Virus record (IMG/VR): IMGVR_UViG_2029527006_000005
Length of the DNA: 64,000 nucleotides
Source of the DNA: a virus
Lineage: Duplodnaviria > Heunggongvirae > Uroviricota > Caudoviricetes
Direction: 5' to 3' (one strand)
The position numbers and the translations under genes are program-made. The notes under the pieces were generated by a model, which was given only the letters and a program-made list of their open reading frames with translations, ran no database searches and was not told the origin of the DNA. Positions 29,830 through 40,074 of the stretch are shown one piece after another; position 1 is the stretch's first letter; every line of letters begins with the position of its first letter.

Positions 29830-32800
29830 ATGTACTCTATTAAAACTGATCTAGGCGTTTCTGGCAACGGTACGATTGACAAAGATCTTCTTGTAAAAGG
29901 CAACGCAGTTGTTAAAGGAAATCTTAAAGTTGAAGGTACAGTTGACTTTGCTAACGCAACGTTCACACAGATCACAGTAACAGGTGATGCAAATCTCGCT
30001 AATATCGTATCTACCGGAACTTCTTCACTTACAAACGTGAATGTTTCTGGTAATACTGTACTAGGTGATGCAAGTACTGATACTGTAACTGTTAATGCAA
30101 CAAGCACATTCGCTTCTCCTGTTGTATTACAAGGTAACGTAACACAACAATCTGGAACTGCTTCGTTCAAAGCAACTTCAGCCGATTCACTAACTGTAGC
30201 TGGTGTTTCTACTCTAAACGGCAACCTAAACATGGGTGCTGGCACAAAAGCTACAATGAAAGACCTAGAAACCGATACTCTAAAAGTAAATGGTAACTCT
30301 ATTCTAGGCGGTACACTAGCGGTAACTGGTACTTCTACCTTCGGTGACGTTGTTATCAACGGTACTCTATCTGGTACGTACACAATGGACGCTGGTAACT
30401 TTAACAGTATTAAAGTAGCACAACTAAGTGATCTAAACAACGTTAATATCAAAGGATCTACTACTCTAACTGGTAACTTAACTGGTACTAACAGTACTAT
30501 TTCTATCAACCACGTTCGTATGCTTGGCTCAGATGCAATCGTTGATTTCGCATATAATGACCCACTACGTCCTACTGATATTAAATCAAGTATTGAACCT
30601 TACCAAATCAGTTCTAACAACTTTGTTGCTAAAAGTGTTAAGTCCGACTCCGCAGATATTGGTGTTGTTGGTGGTACTTCTGGTCTACACGCAATCGGTC
30701 GTGCAACTATTGATTACCTAAACATTACTGGTAACAGTACTATTGGCGACCAAACTCAACTAGCAGTACAGGGTAAATCAGTATTCACTGGTAAAACTAC
30801 AGTTGGTGATCTAGAAATCACTGGCTCCGTAACAGGTCTAACTTTCTCTGATCTAACTGTTGATTCACTAACTGTAACTGGTGCTTCTAACCTACAAGGT
30901 GTAACTGTTGGTGGTAACATTACTGGTTCTTCATCTAGTATTTCTAAATTCGCAACCTTTACTGTTGCTGATGGTACTGCTGGAAACCACGGTATTATTC
31001 AATTTGATTATTCTGATTCAGCACGTCCTAATGACATTAAATCAAGTATCGAACCATATAAAGTAAGTACAACAGATGTAGCTGCTAAGAACGTTGTTTC
31101 TGATGCTGCAACCATCGGTGTTGTTGGTGGTACTTCTGGTCTACATGCTCTAGGTAAAGCTACAATTGATTACCTAAAAATTGCTGGTAACAGTACTATC
31201 GGTACTGCATCTCCACAACTAGAAGTAACTGGTAAATCCATCCTAGGTGATGTTGACTTTACAGGTACTGTAACTGGTCTAACAGTTGATGTTTCCGGTC
31301 AAGATCTAACACCTAACTCTGTAGTTGCTACTGCTGCTGTTACTGGTGATACACTATCGTCTGTTACTACAACTTCGGTTGGTACAAATCTAACAGTTGG
31401 TGGTACTTCTGTACTAACTGGTAAACTAACCGCTCCAGCGGCTGATTTCTCTGGTGACATTAACGTAACTGGTCAAACAGTAACCGTTAAAGATCTAGTT
31501 GTAACTGGTACTACTACTGGCGTAACTGCTGAAGCTGACGTTGATGGGCTAGATATCGCTCCTAACTCTGTAGCTGTAACAACAACTCTAGATGTAACTG
31601 GCAAATCAACTCTTGGTGAAGTTGAAACTGGTGCTACAACTCTAGCATCTGCAACCGTAACTGGTGCAACTACTTTAGCTGGCGTTACTGCTTCTGCACT
31701 AACTACAACTACTTTAGATGTAACTGGTGCAACAACACTAGCTGGCGTAACTGCATCTACTCTAACTGTCCCAACTGTTGCTGGTACTAAAACAACCTTC
31801 ACTGGTGACGTAGAAGTTCAAGGTACATTTACTCCTGCTGCAATCGATTTAAGTACTACTGATGTAGCTGCTAAGTCAATCACTACAACTGGTGATGCAA
31901 ACGTAGGTGGAAACCTAGTAGTAACTGGAACAGTAGATCTAACTGCTGCTGATGTAAGTGTTAAATCACTAACAACTCCGGGAGTTGTAACTTCTACTGA
32001 TGCGACAAATCCAAGTACTCTACCAGTACTAAACAGTACATCTCTAACTGCAACTAATGCAGATATCACAGACCTAACCGTAACTGGAAAATCTGTTGTT
32101 GGTGCTGTAACTTCTAGTGGTAAAGTAACTGCTGTTTCTGTTGAAACTGCAACAATCGCAAATGCTGCTGGTATTACACTAGCTAACGATGCAACTGCTG
32201 CTGGTGACCTAACAGTTCAAGGAACACTTGTTCTAGCTGGTGGTTTAGACCTATCCGATGTTGATATTACTTCTAAGTCTATTACGACTACTGAAGGTGC
32301 AACAATCGGTGGTAACCTATCTGTTGCTGGTACAGTTGACCTAAGTGGTGCTGATGTTACTGCTCTAAGTTTTGTAAGTACTGATGCTGATAAAACTAAC
32401 ACATTCCCTAAACTACAATCTTCTGATTCTACTTTGGGTGCTGCGAAATCAACAACTCTAAACGTAACTGGTGTAAGTACCCTAGCTGGTGTTACTGCAA
32501 CTACTCTAGATGTTACTGGTGCAAGTACATTTGCTGGCGTAACCGCAAGTGATGTAGCTACCACTACACTAGATGTTTCTGGTTCTGCTGCGTTTGATGG
32601 TGGTATTACTTCTGGTAATTCTCAAGTTGAAATCCTTAAAAATACTTCTGTAACTGGTGATCTAAGCGTTTCTGGAACACTAACTGCTGGTGTTATCGAC
32701 CTAAGTACTACTGACGTAACTGTTAAGTCTCTTAACTCACTTGGTAATGCTCACGTTGTTGGTGACCTAACTGTTGATGGTCAATTTGACCTAAGCTCTA

Positions 32801-34590
32801 CTAACCTAGCTGCTCTATCTCTAGCGAGTTCTGGTAACACAACTGTTGGTGCTGACCTAGTTCTAACCACAGGTAACATTACTGGTTCACCAAAAGTTTC
32901 TGGTACACTAAACGTAACAGGTGCGACAACCCTAGCTGGTGTTACAACTGGTGCGGCTACACTAAACTCTGCTACAGTAACATCTACTTTAGGTGTAACA
33001 GGTGCGACAACTCTAGCTGGTCTAACCGCTGGTGCTACTGGTGTAACAACCCTAGCAAGTTCAGGTAAAGCAACTCTTAACTCACTAGAAGTAACAAATG
33101 CTTCAGTAATGAAAGGTGACCTAACTGTTGAAGGCACTCTATTACCACAAGGTGGTCTAGATTTATCTGGTGCAGACATTTCTGCAAATAGTCTAGAACT
33201 AGCTGCTGGTGCTACTGTTGGTACTACTCTAGCTGTAACTACTGATGCAACTGTTGGTGGAACTCTAACTGTAACTGGTGCAAGTACTTTAGCTGCTGTA
33301 ACAGCAACTTCCGTAACTGGCTCTGGTGCTGGTAAGTTCGATACCGTAACCTCTGATAATGGTCTAACCGTTACTGCTGGTGGTGCAACTGTAACTGCTG
33401 GTGACCTAACCGTGACTGCTGGGAACATTGTTCAAAGTGGTGCGGCGAGTGCAACTGCTTCATTCAAGAAAACTGCTACTACAAACCTACATGTAGGTTC
33501 ACTAGTATGGGATGAAAGTAAGTACATTGCTGAAGTTGGTGGTGCTGTTCATATTAGTGGTGATCTAGACGTTGATGGTACTATTAACGCTGCGATTAAC
33601 TTAACTGGTCGTGATATTGCTCCACGTAGTATTGCAACTTCACAAGATATTACAGTTGGTACTACACTAGATGTAACTGGTCAGGCAACAATGGCATCTG
33701 CTATTATCGGTGAAGATGGTTCCCCTAACAACAACCTACAAGTTAACGGAAACGTTGTTTGTACTGGAAACTTTACTGTTCAGGGTCTAATCATTGGTAC
33801 ACTAGATCAGTCTACTTCTGATATTACAGTTAAGTCTGTAACAGCGACTACTTTCGTTAAAGGGGCAACTCTAGAAAGTACTGGTATCGCTACTATCGGT
33901 GGTAAACTAACCGTTAGTGCTGGTGGTGCTGCTGTAACTGGTGGAACTACATCTGATACACTAACTACTACTGGTATCGCAACTATTGGTGGTAAGTTGA
34001 CTGTTAGTGCTGGTGGTGCTGCTGTAACTGGTGGTCTAGCTTCTGATACTCTAACTGTAACTGGTCTAAGTACTCTAGCTGCTGTTAACGCAACTAACGT
34101 ATCTGCAAGTGGAACTCTAGCTGTAACCGGAACTTCTGCCTTTACTGGTAAAGTAACTGCTGCTGACCTAGAAAGTACTGGCACAATCACTGCTAATAAC
34201 TTAACTGTTACTGGTACATTGACTACTGATATTGCTGACCTAGTAACTGAATCTGTAACTACCAATCGTTATGCTGTTAAAGCTAAAGCAATGGAAAGTG
34301 TTGGTGCAACTTGGACTCCAGATGGTTCTAGTAACGTTTATAACATTACTCTAACTGCTGCATCCTTGACTATCCCATCATTCCCATACACTGTTGGTGA
34401 AGCTGGTTCTTGGTTCATCTATGTTACACAAGATGCTACTGGTGGTCGTACTATTAACTGGAACGCACCATTCGGTGTTGTTGGTGATAGTGAAATTAAC
34501 GGTACTGAAAACTCTGTATCCATCTGTCAAGTTGTTTACAGCGGTGTTGGTGACCGTCTAGATGTGTTCATTGCACAACGTAACCTATAA
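29830..34590 (+). CDS. Long T/G/V-rich beta-repeat fibre protein (1586 aa)
   Basis: Pervasive 'L.VTG..TL' repeats and a C-terminal 'QDATGGRTINW' domain. Followed by a putative fibre chaperone. Confidence 0.7.
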   Translation: MYSIKTDLGVSGNGTIDKDLLVKGNAVVKGNLKVEGTVDFANATFTQITVTGDANLANIVSTGTSSLTNVNVSGNTVLGDASTDTVTVNATSTFASPVVLQGNVTQQSGTASFKATSADSLTVAGVSTLNGNLNMGAGTKATMKDLETDTLKVNGNSILGGTLAVTGTSTFGDVVINGTLSGTYTMDAGNFNSIKVAQLSDLNNVNIKGSTTLTGNLTGTNSTISINHVRMLGSDAIVDFAYNDPLRPTDIKSSIEPYQISSNNFVAKSVKSDSADIGVVGGTSGLHAIGRATIDYLNITGNSTIGDQTQLAVQGKSVFTGKTTVGDLEITGSVTGLTFSDLTVDSLTVTGASNLQGVTVGGNITGSSSSISKFATFTVADGTAGNHGIIQFDYSDSARPNDIKSSIEPYKVSTTDVAAKNVVSDAATIGVVGGTSGLHALGKATIDYLKIAGNSTIGTASPQLEVTGKSILGDVDFTGTVTGLTVDVSGQDLTPNSVVATAAVTGDTLSSVTTTSVGTNLTVGGTSVLTGKLTAPAADFSGDINVTGQTVTVKDLVVTGTTTGVTAEADVDGLDIAPNSVAVTTTLDVTGKSTLGEVETGATTLASATVTGATTLAGVTASALTTTTLDVTGATTLAGVTASTLTVPTVAGTKTTFTGDVEVQGTFTPAAIDLSTTDVAAKSITTTGDANVGGNLVVTGTVDLTAADVSVKSLTTPGVVTSTDATNPSTLPVLNSTSLTATNADITDLTVTGKSVVGAVTSSGKVTAVSVETATIANAAGITLANDATAAGDLTVQGTLVLAGGLDLSDVDITSKSITTTEGATIGGNLSVAGTVDLSGADVTALSFVSTDADKTNTFPKLQSSDSTLGAAKSTTLNVTGVSTLAGVTATTLDVTGASTFAGVTASDVATTTLDVSGSAAFDGGITSGNSQVEILKNTSVTGDLSVSGTLTAGVIDLSTTDVTVKSLNSLGNAHVVGDLTVDGQFDLSSTNLAALSLASSGNTTVGADLVLTTGNITGSPKVSGTLNVTGATTLAGVTTGAATLNSATVTSTLGVTGATTLAGLTAGATGVTTLASSGKATLNSLEVTNASVMKGDLTVEGTLLPQGGLDLSGADISANSLELAAGATVGTTLAVTTDATVGGTLTVTGASTLAAVTATSVTGSGAGKFDTVTSDNGLTVTAGGATVTAGDLTVTAGNIVQSGAASATASFKKTATTNLHVGSLVWDESKYIAEVGGAVHISGDLDVDGTINAAINLTGRDIAPRSIATSQDITVGTTLDVTGQATMASAIIGEDGSPNNNLQVNGNVVCTGNFTVQGLIIGTLDQSTSDITVKSVTATTFVKGATLESTGIATIGGKLTVSAGGAAVTGGTTSDTLTTTGIATIGGKLTVSAGGAAVTGGLASDTLTVTGLSTLAAVNATNVSASGTLAVTGTSAFTGKVTAADLESTGTITANNLTVTGTLTTDIADLVTESVTTNRYAVKAKAMESVGATWTPDGSSNVYNITLTAASLTIPSFPYTVGEAGSWFIYVTQDATGGRTINWNAPFGVVGDSEINGTENSVSICQVVYSGVGDRLDVFIAQRNL
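30544..31203 (+). repeat. Internal duplication of about 68 codons (30544-30747 and 31000-31203)
   Basis: 'RP.DIKSSIEPY...IGVVGGTSGLHA.G.ATIDYL.I.GNSTIG' occurs twice, offset 456 nt. Confidence 0.9.
33880..34059 (+). repeat. Tandem 90-bp repeat, 2 copies
   Basis: 'TGIATIGGKLTVSAGGAAVTGG..SDTLT' occurs twice with near-identical DNA. Confidence 0.9.
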
Positions 34591-34614
34591 TAGTAAACTA
34601 AGGAGAATAAATCA

Positions 34615-35247
34615 ATGATTTATGTAGCAGTAACTAAAAACGAATCAGGTGAATATGAAATTCTTAAAACCCTAACAAGCGTTATCAACCAACGTAGCCA
34701 TATTACTGGCACTACAATTGGTAACGTAACCTACCTAGACGCCGCAGGGCGTCTAGAACATGGCTTCTGGGAACAGGAAGATTTATACATCGATACTGGT
34801 GAATTCAAAGAATTTGATCGTAAAGAAGTTGAGTTTGATGATGTTGACGCTCGTGTAACCAATTCATATTTCTATAAACTAATGGATCTAGCTATAATTC
34901 GTGATGAAATGAAAAATCGTGTTCGTTCTTACCGTTCACAATTATCAACAAGTCAATACACTAAAGATGACAAAGTTTATGACATTTCTTCAGAAGGTCG
35001 TTTGGAACTACAAGGTCTAGTACTAGAATCTTTACTTGATTCTACTATTCAAAGTGTTTCAATGCGTTTACCAAGTGGTGAAGATGTAGAATTAACTGTA
35101 GCAGATCTTAAAGCTCTCTACCTTGAAATTGCATTATACCGCGATGGCTTGTTTGATACCGAAGCCCAACTTATGAGTGCAATTGATGCAGCGGCTGACT
35201 ACGAAGCAATTCGTGCAGCAGCAGTATGGGGCGACCAACCTCTCTAA
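34615..35247 (+). CDS. Putative tail fibre assembly protein (DUF4376-like C-terminus)
   Basis: Follows the fibre gene. C-terminal 'VELTVADLKAL......F..E..L...IDAA...AI.A..W'. Confidence 0.55.
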   Translation: MIYVAVTKNESGEYEILKTLTSVINQRSHITGTTIGNVTYLDAAGRLEHGFWEQEDLYIDTGEFKEFDRKEVEFDDVDARVTNSYFYKLMDLAIIRDEMKNRVRSYRSQLSTSQYTKDDKVYDISSEGRLELQGLVLESLLDSTIQSVSMRLPSGEDVELTVADLKALYLEIALYRDGLFDTEAQLMSAIDAAADYEAIRAAAVWGDQPL

Positions 35248-35250
35248 AAC

Positions 35251-35280
35251 AAAAAAGACCGCTTAAGCGGTCTTTTTTAT
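35251..35280 (+). terminator. Rho-independent terminator
   Basis: AAAAAAGACCGC-TTAA-GCGGTCTTTTTT. Confidence 0.9.
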
Positions 35281-35346
35281 TACCTACAACAAATGAGCTA
35301 TTATAGGGTAAATAATGATATATGAGCATATTCTGAGGAATTTTTA

Positions 35347-37296
35347 ATGACAAGTATACAAACAATTAAAGGTGCTAATGGCGTTATTATTAGTAGTAAT
35401 GCATTTTTAGAAATGCCAAAAGCTCCAACAAAAGTAACACAAGATCCTATCCGTAAAGGTATGTTTCGATATAACTTAGCATGGAAAGCGTTCGAAGGTG
35501 TTATAGATTTCGATGATGGTACTGTAGCTTATAGACGTTTTGCACAACTGGATTCAAATGGACGATTACTTACTTCACAACTACCAGATAACGTAACAAG
35601 TGGGATGGTTTATGCAGGTACTTATGATGCATATCAAGATGATATCGATCCTCCATTTACATATGCAGCACTACCAGCACCATCAACTACAATGAGTGGT
35701 AATTATTACATCTCTCGTGGTATTATGGACCAAGCAACCAAACACTTGGCAGCTAACCCAACATCAAGTGCTTTTGTTATCTTTACACCAACTAATGCGA
35801 TGGGTAACTGGACACAAATAAAATATTATGTTGGTAAAGATCCAAGTACTGGTACAAATACAATAGTAACTTATGCATTTGCACGTATCATCGTTGGTAG
35901 TATTCCAACAACTGGTCACGCTGGCCTAATTGCATTAGCTAATGGTAACGCAGAACTAACCGCAGCTTTTACTAACGTAAACAACCCTTCAATTGAATTG
36001 GGTTTGTGTGATTCGGATTGGATTATTTTCTCCAATACTAGTGTTCAACGTTTACGTCAAAACCGTGTCAGTATTATGGCATCTTCTGTGTCATATGACA
36101 ATACCATTATCGCTTCAGTTAAACGTCAGTTCGTTACTAGCAACAGTACAGCACAAGGTGTCATAGATAACCTCGCTATATACGGCCTACGACGCACAGG
36201 CGACTCCATGACGAACGATGGGACTGCTGGTGCAGGTCGCCTAGGGGTAACGTATGGTACTGCCACAGCCCCTTCTATCGCGTTTAATGACGGTAACAGC
36301 GATCCTGATTTGAATAGTGGTATGATTCCGAGTCAATGGACTGATACCAGTACTGGTATTTTCCGTCAAGCCGCTGGTAGTATAGGTTTTTCTAGTACAG
36401 GTGTTGAAAAGGTTCGTATTAATAGTATTGGTATGATTCTTTTACAGGCAGGTAACGTAAACGTTGCTACTAATCCTGCATTCCAATTCCAAGGTGCAGG
36501 TAACACAGTAAACTCTGGTATTTCTGGAATAAACAACACCATCACATTTAGTGTAAATGGAAAGAATCAAGTTGAGATTAAAGATGCGTCATCATTATTC
36601 CACGGTTCAGTTACAATCGATACTAATTTATTAGTGAGTGGTAATGCTACAGTAAATGGTAATGGTTCTATTTTAGGAAATACAATTTTAGGTGATGCAT
36701 CTAGTGATACACTAACCGTAAATGCTACTAGTACATTCCAAGCTAATACCGTGTTCAATGGAACATCGAATAGATTCAAGAATATTAATATGATGCCTAG
36801 TGGTGTCTTTACATTTGAAGGTACTAACCCTACTGCCATTGTACAAGAAGCTACTAACTTAAGATTGAATATGTCTGCATTTTCTGATGTAACAATCAAC
36901 GATGGTTCAACTGTTCGTACTAAAGTAAACCGTTATGGTGTTAAACTTCCAGTACTAAATCCTATTGACAACGCAGTTGGTGAGGATGGTATGATTGCAT
37001 ACAGTTCTCAACGTAATACCGTTATGCAAAAAGCAAATGGTCAATGGACCACCGTTTCAGGTGGTGGCGTTGAGCAAGCCTTTACTACTTCTTCATGGGT
37101 ATTGAGTGGTTCATTCTACACTTATACAATTACTGGTACAAATATTCAAAGTGTTGAAGTACAAGAACAAATAGGTTCAAACTTTAATATCGTTGAGGTT
37201 GACAGTGTTGTAATTTCACCAACAAACGCAGTTCTTTCGATTCCATCTTCACCAGATGTTCGATTTGCTGGTCGAGCTATTATAACATATAGATAA
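35347..37296 (+). CDS. Tail fibre-like protein (649 aa)
   Basis: 'GTATAPSIAF...TGIFR...IGFS..G' fibre motif. Shares 'GNT.LGDAS.DT.TVNATSTF' with the 1586-aa fibre. TAAATA at 35309-35314. Confidence 0.6.
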   Translation: MTSIQTIKGANGVIISSNAFLEMPKAPTKVTQDPIRKGMFRYNLAWKAFEGVIDFDDGTVAYRRFAQLDSNGRLLTSQLPDNVTSGMVYAGTYDAYQDDIDPPFTYAALPAPSTTMSGNYYISRGIMDQATKHLAANPTSSAFVIFTPTNAMGNWTQIKYYVGKDPSTGTNTIVTYAFARIIVGSIPTTGHAGLIALANGNAELTAAFTNVNNPSIELGLCDSDWIIFSNTSVQRLRQNRVSIMASSVSYDNTIIASVKRQFVTSNSTAQGVIDNLAIYGLRRTGDSMTNDGTAGAGRLGVTYGTATAPSIAFNDGNSDPDLNSGMIPSQWTDTSTGIFRQAAGSIGFSSTGVEKVRINSIGMILLQAGNVNVATNPAFQFQGAGNTVNSGISGINNTITFSVNGKNQVEIKDASSLFHGSVTIDTNLLVSGNATVNGNGSILGNTILGDASSDTLTVNATSTFQANTVFNGTSNRFKNINMMPSGVFTFEGTNPTAIVQEATNLRLNMSAFSDVTINDGSTVRTKVNRYGVKLPVLNPIDNAVGEDGMIAYSSQRNTVMQKANGQWTTVSGGGVEQAFTTSSWVLSGSFYTYTITGTNIQSVEVQEQIGSNFNIVEVDSVVISPTNAVLSIPSSPDVRFAGRAIITYR

Positions 37297-37297
37297 T

Positions 37298-37328
37298 AAA
37301 AAAAGGAGCCTTTCGGCTCCTTTCTTTT
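37298..37328. terminator. Bidirectional terminator at the strand switch
   Basis: AAAAAAGGAGCC-TTTC-GGCTCCTTTCTTTT. Confidence 0.9.
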
Positions 37329-38260
37329 TAAATTGCCATTGGTGCTTTGATAGTTGCATCTGGATTATAATTTTCAAGTTTGAAAGAATCCATAGTAAAG
37401 CAGTCAATGTCGGTGATGGTTTTATCAATCCATAATGTAGGTAGTTCTTTTGGTTCACGCTGTAGTTGTTCTTTAACTGCGTCCAAATGGTTTGCATAAA
37501 TGTGGCAATCACCACCAATCCAAATAAACTCACCAACCTCTAGACCACAAACTTGTGCTAGCATATGAGTTAGTAGAGAATAACTTGCAATGTTAAATGG
37601 TACACCCAAGAATAAATCCGCACTGCGTTGATATAGAGTACAAGATAGCTTTCCATCAACTACAAAGAACTGAGAGAATGAGTGACATGGTGGTAGTGCC
37701 ATTTTATCCAAATCACCAACATTCCATGCGGATAGAATGTGACGGCGACCGTATGGATCATTCTGTAGACCATCGATTAGTACTGCAATTTGGTCAATAA
37801 CACGTTTCATTACATATAAACCACTAACAGTTTGCTCAACCATATTGTATCCTAGTTCAGTGTGTTTTACCACTTCACCATAGATAGAAGGTAGAATAAC
37901 TACATCTTCCCATTCACGCCATTGCTTGCCATATACTGGCCCTAGTTTACCATTATTGTATCCTAGTGCACGACCTTGATTTTCATAGTTGTCAGTCCAG
38001 ATTGTACGTTTAGCTTCATCACGAGTACCGTAAAGAATTTCACAAAGGCGGCGTTCATCTTGTGAACCTTCAAGGAACCATAGTAGTTCTGAAGACATTG
38101 CTTTCCACGCTAAACGTTTGGTAGTTGTTGCTGGAAAACCTTTTTGGAGATCAAAACGCATTTGTTGACCAATTAGTTTATAGGTTCCTGTGCCAGTACG
38201 GTCAGCACTGTATTTCCCTTCTTCAAGTACTTTCTTGTATAGTTCGTGTAATTGTTGCAT
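37328..38260 (-). CDS. thyA: Thymidylate synthase
   Basis: 'DRTGTG', 'ELLWFL.G', 'LGPVYGKQWR', 'MALPPCH' and 'YQRSAD.FLGVPFNIASY'. No intron. Confidence 0.97.
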   Translation of the reverse strand: MQQLHELYKKVLEEGKYSADRTGTGTYKLIGQQMRFDLQKGFPATTTKRLAWKAMSSELLWFLEGSQDERRLCEILYGTRDEAKRTIWTDNYENQGRALGYNNGKLGPVYGKQWREWEDVVILPSIYGEVVKHTELGYNMVEQTVSGLYVMKRVIDQIAVLIDGLQNDPYGRRHILSAWNVGDLDKMALPPCHSFSQFFVVDGKLSCTLYQRSADLFLGVPFNIASYSLLTHMLAQVCGLEVGEFIWIGGDCHIYANHLDAVKEQLQREPKELPTLWIDKTITDIDCFTMDSFKLENYNPDATIKAPMAI

Positions 38261-38549
38261 TTTCTTTCCTTAGTTTATAAATCTCTTCCTTGAGACATTT
38301 GATAGTATAATGACTATCTTCAAGTTGTTGTTTGAAATTGTACCGAATATCGGACATTTCAGCTTCCATTCTTTGGTTTTCTGCATCAGTACCATCAACT
38401 GTGCCTTTCTCGTAACCTTCTTCTAGGCCACGCTCGTAACCTTCTTTTTCTGCTGCTTCTGAACCGTCTTTATGACCATCAGCATATCCTTCATTGAATC
38501 CATCGTGTTTACCAGATTCATATCCAGCATCCCAATTTTCATCTTGCAT
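38223..38549 (-). CDS. Hypothetical protein with G(Y/F)xxG repeats and a C-terminal coiled coil
   Basis: 'GYESGKHDGFNEGYADGHKDG..GYERGLEEGYEKG'. Start reassigned to MQDENW (GAGG RBS). Confidence 0.6.
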   Translation of the reverse strand: MQDENWDAGYESGKHDGFNEGYADGHKDGSEAAEKEGYERGLEEGYEKGTVDGTDAENQRMEAEMSDIRYNFKQQLEDSHYTIKCLKEEIYKLRKENATITRTIQEST

Positions 38550-38556
38550 AATTACC

Positions 38557-39147
38557 TCATTTGAAATAAGTACAGAAACTATCCATATCAATTTTGGTTG
38601 CAGACCTAGAACCAATACCTGTCCATCTACCATGTGGTTCAGGCACTTCCTTAACTTCTACGAAAGTTTTAGTACTGCAATCGTAAATGTAAGGTTTGTT
38701 ATCTAGTAGGTTGTAGATATAGATTTCTGGGTTTTCGCACGAGTCGATGTACATTTGAACAGCCCAAGCCGTTCCACCATCAACTTCATCAGGTGCAGTA
38801 ATTTTAGCTAATGCGTAGATTCTTTCTGATACTGCGATCTGGAAAGAGTTACGAGCTAAAAGGTTATAAACGTATGAGTTCTTTGGTGGAACTTTACGTC
38901 TTAGTTTTACATTTGCCATGCATAGTTTTGAGAATACTACATCATCTGATAGTATTTCGTTAGGTAGTTCCACAACTGTTGCTTCGTCTACGTGGTACTT
39001 GTGTCCTTTGAAGGAGAAGTGAATTTCTTCATGACCTTTCCAAGAAGCCCACAAACCAAAAAGGCGGTCAGCTCCCGCTGCACCGCCGCTATAACAAACG
39101 TTTTGGAACTCTAACAAACAGTTAGTGAGTTCGGTTATCGTCATCAT
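38557..39147 (-). CDS. SLOG (DprA/YpsA-like) nucleotide-binding fold protein
   Basis: 'SGGAAGAD...ARN....SE....GGTAWAV' follows the SLOG motif order. Start uncertain. Confidence 0.55.
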   Translation of the reverse strand: MMTITELTNCLLEFQNVCYSGGAAGADRLFGLWASWKGHEEIHFSFKGHKYHVDEATVVELPNEILSDDVVFSKLCMANVKLRRKVPPKNSYVYNLLARNSFQIAVSERIYALAKITAPDEVDGGTAWAVQMYIDSCENPEIYIYNLLDNKPYIYDCSTKTFVEVKEVPEPHGRWTGIGSRSATKIDMDSFCTYFK

Positions 39148-39439
39148 TTGAATCCAATTTGTTAAGTAAATCTTTAAGTTTATCATCTTCCAACGAGAAA
39201 CTAGTTTCTAGTGCAGCTAGTAGAACAGCAGATACTTTAATAAGGGATTCTCTGAATTCTTCAAAAGAAACGTGTTTATCTGGTCGAGAGGCAGATTCAA
39301 AAAGATAGTATCCAGCAAGTGCTGTCCAATCATTTTTGGTCTTTAGAGTATCAGATAGAGTCGTTGGTGACTCTATCTGTCTTTGTCTCTCTTCGATAAT
39401 CAAGTTAATGATATCTTCGCGAGTAATCTTATTTTTCAC
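39122..39439 (-). CDS. Small helical protein, possibly MazG-like
   Basis: 'IIEERQRQ...DW.......L.E......FRESLIKVSAVLLAALE'. Confidence 0.35.
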   Translation of the reverse strand: MKNKITREDIINLIIEERQRQIESPTTLSDTLKTKNDWTALAGYYLFESASRPDKHVSFEEFRESLIKVSAVLLAALETSFSLEDDKLKDLLNKLDSNDDDNRTH

Positions 39440-40073
39440 TACGTTCTTTTAGTGCTTTCTTTAGAATTTCGATTGCTTTAGTCTGAGAAGTACCATCAGG
39501 AATGGTGATGGTTAGTGGCTGATTAGGATCAGCTTCAATCACTTGTACTTGAGGACGAAGTGAAGGTTCTAGGCTATAAGCACGTTCGAAAGTTTCTTTA
39601 GCTAGTTGTTCATACTGTGCTGCATCGGCAAGTAGTTTACCAACAATACCACCAGTTTCGGTGAATTGGGTTTCTGATTTATCCCAAGGGTTAAAATCTT
39701 TTACTTTACCATCAGTATAAGTGGATTGTGCTACTAACTGATCATTTAGTACATCAAGTGCAATTTTAGCACCATTGCCGATGTGCATATCAATATCAGT
39801 AGTTTTTAGTTTACGTAGGTAACCTAGATTATGTAGAACGTCTAGCATTTTACGACCATCTAGTACTCCAACTTTGTCCATAACGTCCCATAGTTCTAGG
39901 GATGCTTGACCGCGACCCATTACTAGGTCAACAACAAAGTTCGCATATTGTTCTGGTAGAGAATCTTGATAAATTACCAAGCAATCATTTACTGAATCAG
40001 GTAGTTGTCTCCAAACAATGAAAACACGTGAGCCAGTGGAACGGACAACACCGCAGTGACGAGTAACAGCCAT
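39429..40073 (-). CDS. Hypothetical protein
   Basis: Start reassigned to MAVTRHCG (GGGG RBS). Codon usage matches the other phage genes. Confidence 0.65.
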   Translation of the reverse strand: MAVTRHCGVVRSTGSRVFIVWRQLPDSVNDCLVIYQDSLPEQYANFVVDLVMGRGQASLELWDVMDKVGVLDGRKMLDVLHNLGYLRKLKTTDIDMHIGNGAKIALDVLNDQLVAQSTYTDGKVKDFNPWDKSETQFTETGGIVGKLLADAAQYEQLAKETFERAYSLEPSLRPQVQVIEADPNQPLTITIPDGTSQTKAIEILKKALKERSEK

Positions 40074-40074
40074 A

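Noticed and set aside
29826-34265. Several long antisense ORFs (up to 227 aa) opposite the 1586-aa fibre gene
   Set aside because: These are shadow frames produced by the repetitive ACT/GGT/GTA/CTA codon usage, with no RBS or promoter support.
37328-38260. Group I intron or intein in thyA, as in T4 td
   Set aside because: The ORF is continuous at 310 aa with only short in-frame insertions, and has no homing endonuclease or splicing motifs.
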